64,000 nucleotides of DNA from Glycera tridactyla. Its lineage: Eukaryota. The stretch spans positions 53,382,001 through 53,446,000 of the forward strand of contig OZ286472.1 in assembly GCA_965644265.1 (NCBI GenBank), given 5' to 3'. Below are positions 50,301-60,410 of this stretch, piece after piece. The stretch's first letter is position 1, and each line of letters opens with the position of its first letter. Under the pieces are notes generated by a model that ran no database searches, had not been told where the DNA came from, and worked only from the letters and a program-made list of their open reading frames with translations. The position numbers and the translations under genes were made by a program.

Positions 50301-53300
50301 TGCTGGCTTTAGCGCTATTTGTGATTTGACAGCGCGGACTTAGCGCGTTGACTGGAACTTCGCACGGTGCTTACCAGACTTACTCATGGTCTTACCCAGT
50401 AAGCACATTTGTGTTTGAGGGTTGTGACATATGGGACTGCATGTAATTGCATTTCGTTCTTATATTTCTTGAATTACATGACTAATTTCGACTTTAGACA
50501 TTACCAAATGGCTTGAAATGAGTTGAAATTGGGATTTGGTGAATTTTAGAATTCGAACTTAGCACGGACTTGGTAGATCGGAACTTAGACCCCGCTGCTG
50601 TTGCAGCTGTGACTTAGTTCTTTCCGGTCTATGTTAGGTAGGTCATACTCATAGTGTAAGGGAGGGGGAACTTGGGTTGATTTCAGATCTTGCCTCTTGC
50701 TTCGGTGAGTGGTGACTTTATCTGATACTGTCTACAAAGACCACCTGTTCTGAATAGATTGATTTCTCTATCTTGGATTCTTAACTTAGAATTTATTCAA
50801 ATTTTTGAATTTGATTTGATGAGGACTTAACTATTTTTGATTTTGAAAAGCGTGCTTGCTCTTTTCATGCAGACAGTTGGACTTCAACTTTTTCGCTGTA
50901 TTGCTGCTGCATCATGATCCCAGCTGACTGAGAGAGGACTTGGTGTGTTCACCTTTCTAGTTCATTCCCCGTGAACTTAGCTCTCTCTGATACAGCTGAT
51001 GATATTTTAATGCCTTGTTCATTGATAGATTAACTTAGTTGGCTCAGTGCCTGCTCCGTTGATAATGGCTTAAGTGCATTGAGATTTCTTTTCAACGGTG
51101 ATACTTGCTGATTGTCTTTTGACAATCTCTTCAACTGAATGTTGAAATATTTCTAGTAACTCGATCAATGGTAACTTGTAAGTTAAATTCTTATGCTATT
51201 TAGTTAGTGGGGAATAGAGTGGGATCCTGCCTTCCCACTATAATAGATCTGGCAACTGCAAGTAACTAAGTGCACGCAACAAACATAAAATAAAACTTAG
51301 AGTTGTTTAAAGATACTTTTTGAATTAAAACTTTTCTTTATGATACTTGGACAAGTTGGTAGGAGACTTTTTTTATCTTCTTGCAGCGACCAGCGCGTCT
51401 GAGATGTCGTAAATTGAAGAGGTGCGTACTCTTCAGGCCACTCCATTCCCACGTCGCCTCCCAGGCTTATGGGAATCTACTAATATAGGCGGATATGCCT
51501 AGCCGTCGTCTGCACAGTCTTTAGTGTGTTAAACGCACTATACACATGGGAGATGTGTAGGACATAATCTCTTCACACGGTGAGATGCTGTTAGCTATCT
51601 TTACGAGATAAGCTACTTCACTCGAGAGGAATGATGTCTCCTCTTTACTTCTACTTCCATCAATGATACGCGTTCTAGTATCAGCTATCATCATTCTCTA
51701 GCTGATATGGATATATAACCAGAGTTCGTCATCACATGTGCAACTAGGTGGCCACCACTATATTAACTTTTAAAGTCGGTCTTGCATCGTGGGTCTTTAA
51801 CCCAAACTTTTAAAGTCAAATATCTAAAGTGCACTAACTATCTAGACACCGTGTCTTTGACTTTGTTTATATTTCTAGCTAGCTGCAGTGGCCACTTCTC
51901 AAGCGCCCAAGTCAACGATGGAACAAGAAAGAAGATAGTACTATAAAAGGGTTTGAGCTCAAGTGTGTGATTGTTTGAGTGTGTACTTGTATAACTCATA
52001 GAGGTACCTCACTTTGTCATTCGGCCATGAATATCTTGTGTATGAGTATGTCGTGAGTTGAACAATTCTGGTATACCACTGGTATTTATGTAACACGAGT
52101 TCATCCATATTTGTCATATTTGTATATGATTCAGATCTGAATATTTGAAATGAAATTATTCATTACATCATGAGTATAACTGACATTTTGTCTACTTGAT
52201 ACTGTGATAATTTATATTGCTTCATTCAATTTATGATCTACCATTTACAATCTACCTACTATGTGAACTTATACAAATTAAAATATGTATCTACAACTCT
52301 ATTTATGTGTCATCTTATACTTTTGAACCAACAATTGAGTTCCCTGTGTGATGAAAGAGATGTCTTCATAGATTTATGGTTTCATTAGAGCTGGCAAACA
52401 ATGGGATTCAACATGTAATACTGATCGCGCATTTTAACATCTTTTAGTACAACGTATATATTTTTGTGAACATCGATCCACAGGAGCAATGCCATTTATT
52501 TTGACATTGGGATAAATGGGGTAAAAGCCCGGTTAACCTTTACATTGCTTCCTGCTGTTCTTGATAATGGTAATTTAATCAGATATAAGCTTCTTGCCAA
52601 GGTTGCATCTTAAGGAAGAGGAGGGAATACTCCTACAAGCCTGTCGGATGACTGGTTCAATTCCATTGTCATATTGGAAGGATTACACTTGGTTTCCTGC
52701 TCACATACATTAGAGAGCACTGGTGCTTCCTGTTTCCATTGTTGCTCTGGTAATAAAGATAAACCTATTATTTATCATTCACCCGCCTCAAATGTAGAAA
52801 AAAAAAACGATTTATTAGGTGATAAAAATGACTTTAATCAAAAACGGTGACCCCTTATTTTATGTTATTTTCATCAAATAGGCATGTTCAAAGTCAATAT
52901 TTTTAATGAAGATATACTTATTATCCATCATTCACACAACAGGCATGTTCAAAGTCAGTTGGTAATTTTGTCACCTCTGTCAGCTGTGAGTTGTTCATTT
53001 TGCCACCTCTGACAGTTTTGCCACCTCCGTCAGCTGTGAAAGTATGACCTAGCAACTGGTGTTGGAAAAGGGTTAATTCTTCATTTTGACACCTATGACA
53101 GTGGTGAAAGTGTTGATTGTCAAGCTAAGAAAGTCAAACATATGTATACTTGAAAAGTGCCCCCTCTCTTGGAAAGTCATTGATTGGTTGCATGATGACA
53201 CTGCCCCCTCTCCTGGAGTAAGTGTTGAACTACAACAGTAAACAATCTTTCAAACTGAGCAGAAGACTATCATGTCAAACACAAGCCGTTGCTTCAAGAA

Positions 53301-53528
53301 TTCTCATCAGAAATGCATGATTCTTATATGTCTATACAGGTAAGAGAATTCCCCAGACACATGTGAAAACGGCATGATGATATTCGTGATAGTTTATTCA
53401 CAAATTTATGTCAAAGTTCCGATGGCCGAAACGGTTTTGGTACCGTGGCCGAGACGGTCAGGGTGCGCGCCCACGGAGGCCGATTTCGCCGTGGCCGAAA
53501 TGTACCGTGGGCGAAACGTCCGTACATC
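47308..53528. mobile_element. 6.2-kb Mutator-like (MULE) non-autonomous element, 9-bp TSD
   Basis: TTCATACAC|GATTGACGGACGTTTCGGCCAACGG ... CCGTGGGCGAAACGTCCGTACATC|TTCATACAC; ~110-bp imperfect TIRs of TTTCGGCCA sub-repeats; no transposase ORF. Confidence 0.85.
51415..52368 (+). mobile_element. Candidate solo LTR
   Basis: TAAAT|TGAAGA ... TCTTCA|TAGAT (6-bp inverted ends, 4/5 TSD); TATAAAA at ~51942; ATTAAA at ~52277. Confidence 0.5.
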
Positions 53529-55612
53529 TTCATACACACATGCTCCATTGTATTACAGGTGATGGTAACCCTTCACATCAGCAGTATCCCAGTTTGGGGT
53601 AGTGATTTCGGGGTAGTGATTTTGGGGTGAACGTGCTCATTTGGGGGAAAAGTTGAGGTCATGTAATTCCTCAACAAAGGCCCCTACCTCCACCAGATTT
53701 GATGTACACATGCTCCAGTGTATTCTGGGGGCATCCAACCATCACTGCAGCAGTATGCAAGCCAGTTACATGATTTATCGGAGATTCGGGATAAAACCTC
53801 ACTTTTTTTTAATGACTGGACTCTTGACATTTTTGGTGATTTTTGTGTACCCGGCCACACCAAACTCAACACAGATGCATTTCATCACATTTCTTGATGA
53901 ATGCCAGCCATGAATGGGGTCTCCCAACATGCTTCATAGATTTTGGGGATATTGTTTTTCCAGAAATGGATTTTCATAATGTAGATCACTGTTCCTAGCC
54001 ACAACAAACTCGTCATGGAGGAAATTCGCTGCATTGCCAGCCAGGAGTGGGGACTTCTAACAACCCTGATTGAGTTCTTGCACAAAATTGGATTTTTAGA
54101 AATGCATTTTTCCAAATTTGATGGCTGTCCTCAGCGATACCCACCTTGACACAGATGCATTCCATAGGATTTCCTATCGAATGCTGGCCATATATTTGGT
54201 CTTCTGATGAGCCTAGTTGATTTCGGGGACAAAATTGGGGTTCTAGAATTGGATTTTTCTAAAGATGGTGGCTATCCCTAGTCACACCAGACTTGATGCG
54301 GATCTCTTTCATAGCAATCCACAATGAATGCCTGCCATGGATGGGGTCCTCTGACAACCCTGATTGATTTTGGGGACAAAATTGTTTTTTCAGAACTGGA
54401 CTTTTCACGTGATGGTTCCTGTTCATAGCCTCACCAGACTTGACACAAATGCCTTTCATAGCATCCCTCAATGATTCTCAGCGAAGTATGGGATCTTCCC
54501 ATCAGCCCTACCTATATTTGAGACAGAAATACTTTTTCAAAACCAGAAATTGAGCAAAGGTGCCTTTTCCAAGCCATTGGAAGCTTGACACCGATATGTT
54601 CATCACATTCCCTCATGGATGTTATGCAATGGATTGGGACTTCTCACATCTTTGGTTTTTCAGAAATAGATCTTTTTGAGACATGATGCATAATCATGTA
54701 TTCGGTATTCCTACACAATCAGGAACAGTATGCACCCATCATTGAAGCAGCACAGTTATGTTTGTGTTTAAGTTTTAGATATGAATAGTTTTCTTGAAGC
54801 GGCGTGTTGTGTAGCTTCACCAAGGCGAGGTCCGCCTTAAGTCAAGGCTATGTTTATGTACATCCATTGATTACTGAATATGTAAACACAGAATTAGAGA
54901 ACATCGGTATCAATTGGAGTTGTGGTCGAAGCCACTCCATTGATTACTCTCTCATGCTCACAGTCCGTCACCTCCATCAGATGCTCAAAAGCAGGCAATG
55001 GCCATGCTTCTATCCATATCATCAGTTATTTACTAGTAATAGAAAGCATTGCCAACTATCCAGTCAATCAATTGAACAATCATTCACTTTTACAGTCAGT
55101 CAGAATCATTTGACCCTCTCCCTTCCTCTCACCTTGCCTTTTGCACTTCCCCATCTCACTCTGACTGAAATTGGTTTTTTCACCTTTTTTTGTGTTGATA
55201 ACATATCTCTCTCCATTTCTGCCCCCTTTCCTCCTGCCCTCTATCTCTTTTCTACATATGAATTTTGAATAAATGAGAGCTTTCATCTCAGTTTCATCCT
55301 ATCTATCATGTAGTGCGATTGTACTTGAATTGGAGAGCTCAGAGCCGAATATCTATGTGACTATTAAGTTCACCATTTGTGCAAAGTTTTTCTGCAGATG
55401 TCACTTCCATTTCCAAGTACCAGTATGATATTACCGGGGAAACATCTTGATAATGGCAGCATCTGTTTTTTTATTGTTGAGAATGCATGCTGCCAAAGTT
55501 TGTGTATCCCCAAAAGAGGGTTTGCACGCTTTTCAGGAAATTTGGTTGCAACTCACTTTTTACTGCTTTTGAAATTATAAACCTAATCATTGATTCTACT
55601 CTCGATTTTCAG

Positions 55613-55746
55613 GAGTGGATTTCTCGCAGCGAGTAAACTCTTTACAGCGGGTGATGTTGATGTTAACTGTTCTGGGCGTAGTTACATGATCACAGGTGCC
55701 AACAGTGGCATCGGCAAAGAGACAGCTCTGGAGATTGCAAAAAGAG
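55613..55746 (+). CDS. DHRS12: DHRS12 coding exon 2 (SGFLAASKLFTAGDVDVNCSGRSYMITGANSGIGKETALEIAKR)
   Basis: attttcag| ... G|gtgagc; 134 nt, phase 2/1; SDR cofactor motif TGxxxGxG. Confidence 0.96.
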
Positions 55747-56692
55747 GTGAGCATGAGCATGGGAATTGACCTAGTCAGTAACATTCGAGGACTAGTGGGA
55801 GTCACTGGCTGGCCCAAACAAGTTGCTTTCTGAAGGGAGGTGATACCCAGTGACAAAGGTATTGCTATTGTGGTCCCAGCTATGGGTGGCTTGTGAATAG
55901 AGCCAGGGGACAAGAATGCTAAGCTCACCATGATAGATTCATTGAGCCCTCAAGTCTTCATAGCATGGGATGACCTTCAAGTTTCTCAGCAAAACCAAGT
56001 AACATGCAGCGCAGCTCAGTGATGTATTTCCACCAGAATGATGGTGCATCCCGGGGACCCCAACTGACTGTTCAGAGTGGGTCCTGTGATGCATCACGTG
56101 AGTCCTGATGTGGATAATAGGGCACCAGAAATACATTTCATACCATATAACCATATCATTCTCGAAAACATGTTCATGAAGTAATGTTAATATTCATCAG
56201 TTTTAACATCACAGTTCACCAGAGAGCATAGGAACTGCCTAATCCTTTTGCATCTCAGGGACTCATCACTGACTTGACTAATGAGTCCTCCTTCATTTAG
56301 AGTGCATGAAATAAGCAGGATGCGCCCGAAAATGCATACCTGAGCGCTGTGTGGCTAACTTAAGTATTGAGGGAAGTGAATGTAGAATTTGCACCACAGC
56401 AAAATATTATCCAGCAACTCATCCAGAGAGTAGATGCTTCAATTTACCTCTGTCTCAGATATTCCTGTATATTTGATCCTCTACCATCTGACATCTGCAA
56501 TTGCGGGATGATTTCGAGCTTCAGAATCACATTTTCAACTAAAACACAGGTGGATTTAGCTAAAAGTTGAGTTACTGCTTCAACCAAGTTCATCACAGAA
56601 AATAATGTTCCAGCACTAATGCAGCTCTGGTCAAGCAAAGCTGATGACATTGAATTGGTCAGCAACTAGTGTTTCATAAAATCGATTTTCAG

Positions 56693-56775
56693 GAGGATGT
56701 GTTCATCTGGTTTGCCGCAGTAAAGAAAGAGGTGAAGCTGCAGTGGCAGAAATCAAAGGAGCAACAGGGAATGAG
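56693..56775 (+). CDS. DHRS12: DHRS12 coding exon 3 (GGCVHLVCRSKERGEAAVAEIKGATGNE)
   Basis: attttcag| ... GAG|gtaagc; 83 nt, phase 1/0. Confidence 0.96.
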
Positions 56776-56856
56776 GTAAGCTCGATTTATCAGGATCGAC
56801 TGGTGTCTGCAATAATCCCAATATTTGATGATTGGGTGAAATATTCAGAATATAGT

Positions 56857-57030
56857 CAGTGAAACCTGTGATGATAGATTGCGCTAAATGTCCCCAGAAT
56901 GTGCTCTCTTTAGAGAAGTGTTCTCTCATCTGGGGTTTATTTGATTATGCCAAATAGACAACCTACCTCGTGGAAGTGGTTCCCATTGTAGGTGGTCTCT
57001 TGTAGGGATCTCCCATTGCAGGTTTCACTG
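56857..57030. mobile_element. pogo/Tigger-type MITE
   Basis: CAGTGAAACCTG ... CAGGTTTCACTG|TA. Confidence 0.75.
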
Positions 57031-57776
57031 TACTGATCATCAATTACAAATGTTTACACTAGAGTCAGGGCTTCTGTAATAGCAAATAATTCTTTCACCG
57101 GACATTAAAAATTTAGGGGAAAGCTTGGATTTCTTATTTCTCCGGATACTGACAACTGGGTCGTATACCAAGTAGGCCATACATGTACTTGAAATTTTGC
57201 CATCCCAGATGACCTGCATCACTACAAGAATAACATAATCAGCTCATTTATGTAACTCAGATAGTGCATGATCAGAGTTTGAGAAATTCAGCTGAATCAT
57301 ACTCATAGAAATAGACAGCTGTTTGGGATTCATACTTTGTGATTTTGGCATAACCAAAGCTGCAATTGTGAGGTTGCAACTGATTCCCAACGCTACCCTT
57401 GAAATTTCATCCTAGGAATACATGATGGAGAGATCGGAATATGGAAATCACAAGGCTCAAATGAAAGCCTTACTAATGTCTTTGTACATCACTGTTGTTT
57501 CATAGTTCCACTCAGATTTCCAGTTTAAAGCACCTGTGCCATTTTGTGGTGGTATATCATCCAGTTATAACTTTTTTTTTTGGGGGGGGGGGGGGGGAGT
57601 TCATACGCGTACAATGATGCTGGAACTTGCTGTAAGGATGTCCCATTTGTTGGAGTAACAGTTGTATTTTGTGACCAAAAACCTTCCAAATTTGACAGGG
57701 ATGAATGGCTGAAATGAATACAATCACTCAAAGCGGTCAAATAAATGAAATAATCAATCCACTTTCATTGTTTCAG

Positions 57777-57872
57777 AATGTTCACCTACATTTACTCGAC
57801 ATGTCAAACCCAAGAGGTGTTGCCACGTTTGCTGATGAGTTTGCAAAATCTGATAAACCATTACATGTCTTG
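57777..57872 (+). CDS. DHRS12: DHRS12 coding exon 4 (NVHLHLLDMSNPRGVATFADEFAKSDKPLHVL)
   Basis: ttgtttcag| ... TTG|gtgagt; 96 nt, phase 0/0. Confidence 0.96.
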
Positions 57873-58769
57873 GTGAGTATGATTTTTGCATTATTATGAA
57901 AACTAAGATGTGTACTTGTTTCTCCTGTTTTGGCCCATGATGAGACACTCTGATGAGGAATAACATGTCAAGACACCCTATTTTGGAATTCCCTGTCTCA
58001 TTTATCATAGTTAGGATATGCAGTTGAACCTGTCTGCAAAGGCCATCCTTGTTCGCAAACGAAGATGAGATGCGCATTTCAGAGAAAATCTGTGACATGG
58101 CGGAGTTTCATCGTATTTTTGCAGCACCACATGGTGGCTAAAGATGGAACAAGATGCGCCAAAGACCTTATCACAGGTGGTTGCACAGGATCAGTCTCAG
58201 CGAGAAAGCCAAGTTGTTGACATGGATACGCAAGATAAATTAAAATATTAATTGGTACTGTAGAGGGTTTCTCGACTATGATTGATCTGTCATGGAGATC
58301 GGCGACGAGAGAGAGAAAGGTTTATTCTACCAATAACCTCATCACTACTGGCCACATGTATGATTCCGAGCGCCTGTTGACGTCTTGTGTCTGATAGGCT
58401 GATATTTGCATATTCACTCTAATTTTACACACAAAAAAACAATTAAACCACGATGAAGATGTTTTGTTGCATTTTATCTCAAGCTTAGTCCAAGCTTGAT
58501 ATGGTATTCCAAGCTTAGTTGGAAAGTTCAACCTTTTCCCCAACCAATTTCAACCGATGATCATGCTCATGCTCACAGATTATGGTGGCCTTTGTATAGA
58601 GGTAGTCTTTCGAGCAGGTTCAACTTCACCTCCTATGAGGAAAGGACTGTTTAATGAGAACTTTTTTTCCTTTAGCATGATTCAATGGCCATAAAAGGTC
58701 TCATTTTGTAATCATTTTCAAATGAATGTTTCCTTTCAATGTTTGATGTTTGTTTGACATGAATTATAG

Positions 58770-58851
58770 GTCAACAATGCCGGCTGTATGGTGAATACTC
58801 GAGAAGTCACAGAAGATGGACTGGAGAAAAACTTTGCCACAAACACATTAG
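58770..58851 (+). CDS. DHRS12: DHRS12 coding exon 5 (VNNAGCMVNTREVTEDGLEKNFATNTL)
   Basis: ttatag| ... G|gtgagt; 82 nt; NNAG motif. Later exons, including the catalytic YxxxK, are not in the window. Confidence 0.96.
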
Positions 58852-59269
58852 GTGAGTAGCAGTCAGGATTTTCTCAGTGTGTCTATTGAGAAATGCTTAC
58901 ATCCATATCACCACCATATAGAAATTATTTCAGGCAGAAATTTCTTATATTGATCAAGGTTTTGCTAAAGAATGTACTTGGCAGAAGGTTTGATTTAATT
59001 CTTCCCTATAAGAATTGTTGTTAAAGGAATGGCTCTGAAGCGTCAAATTTTTCCGACATCATAATGTCTCAGGTCTGTGAATTGCAGATCATATACAGTC
59101 AAACCTGTCTATGTAGACCACTTTTGGTGTTATTATAAGTTTGTAGTGAGGTGATCTTCATAGCAAGATTGGTAACTGGAAAATTCTATCACAAACACAG
59201 CTAGGGTGGCCTTTGCAGACAGGTCACCTCTGTAAGAGTTGATTGGTGGTCCTAATATAAATATATATA

Positions 59270-59430
59270 CAGTCCAACCTCCTCCAGAGACCACCTCCCT
59301 ATAAAGACTACCCTGAGCTGCGACCGTGGTAGTATTTTTAACAGTAAATGACCTCTCTATAGAGACCACCTCCCTATAAAGGCCACTATTGGATGTGACC
59401 AAAGGCGGTCTTTATATAGAGGTTTGACTG
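59270..59430. mobile_element. pogo/Tigger-type MITE
   Basis: TA|CAGTCCAACCTC ... GAGGTTTGACTG|TA. A further decayed copy starts at 59096. Confidence 0.8.
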
Positions 59431-59535
59431 TACATGAATAATGGTGCAGTGTTGATTGGTGAGCCTTGCCAATTTTGGTCTCAGAAGCTATATGTTGTCT
59501 TAGCCACATTCGTTGACTCACAAGTTTGGGAAGTA

Positions 59536-59714
59536 CAGTCAAACCTCTCTATAAAGACCGCCTCTGGTTGCATAACAAAATTGGCCTTTATAGGGAGGTG
59601 GTCTTTATAAAGAGGTCATTTACTGTTGGAAATACTACCACAGTCGAAGCTCAGAATGGTCTCTATGGAGAGGTGATCTTTATAAGCAGGTGGTCTTTAG
59701 AGCAGGTTTGACTG
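59536..59714. mobile_element. pogo/Tigger-type MITE
   Basis: TA|CAGTCAAACCTC ... CAGGTTTGACTG|TA. Confidence 0.85.
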
Positions 59715-60410
59715 TAATTGATGGACATTCTTGTGATGGACAACTGGACCCACAACAGATCGTCTGATGAGAATGATCTAACTAGGATTGACTGAATACA
59801 ACGCTGCTGTAGATGGATGTGAATTATGCGATAAAGATTTTGAAGATTTATGGGGATTTTTACAATGAACAGTGATGCATCATCTCCAGAATGATGATGC
59901 ATCCCGGGGACCCTGACTGACTGTTCAGAGTAGGTCATGTGATGCATCACGTGAGTCCAGATATAGAAATACAGTGTCAAAAGTGCTTTTCATATATCAA
60001 ATAGCTATGTCATTCACATGTAATAATAATAATAATAATAATTCACACTTCTTTATTCCACGCTTCAAATTTCTGAGACCTCTCTAATCTTCAGATTTCC
60101 AGAGGCCGCGTGGCAACAGCCACTGTTCATTCGCTAGGGTGCCACTAGTTACAATGTCTTGATCATATGTAGTATGACAGAGATACCTTATCTCGGGAGT
60201 ACTAGACAAAATTGAGAAGGATTAGTACAAACAAACAAAATAGTGTCAAAAGACCAGATGGGTTACATTCATGTTACCTCCAATTTCTTTCAGGTCAGTC
60301 GTTACTAAAAATATACACAGTCCAGTGACTGCCAATTATGGAAATGATTGATTCTGATGAAAATATTGAGATAGCAATGAAATTGCCAGATTTTACAAAA
60401 AGGACAGGAG

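Larger units (their letters stand above)
46638..54853 (+). mobile_element. HINE (Helentron-associated) element interrupted by a MULE
   Basis: TTTTT-ACCTCGCCT with hairpin TCGAC-GAA-GTCGA at the left; AGGCGAGGT (54823-31) then hairpin GCCTT-AAGTC-AAGGC and TTT at the right; internal ~190-bp tandem units continue across the insertion. Confidence 0.72.

Noticed and set aside
565-57598. Many 13-25 nt poly-C/poly-G runs as G-quadruplex elements
   Set aside because: Scattered homopolymers, often inside MITEs; lengths are unreliable in assemblies and show no positional pattern.
57944-58010. CTGATGAG as a hammerhead ribozyme core (also ~54205 and ~59763)
   Set aside because: No correctly placed GAAA and no supporting stems.
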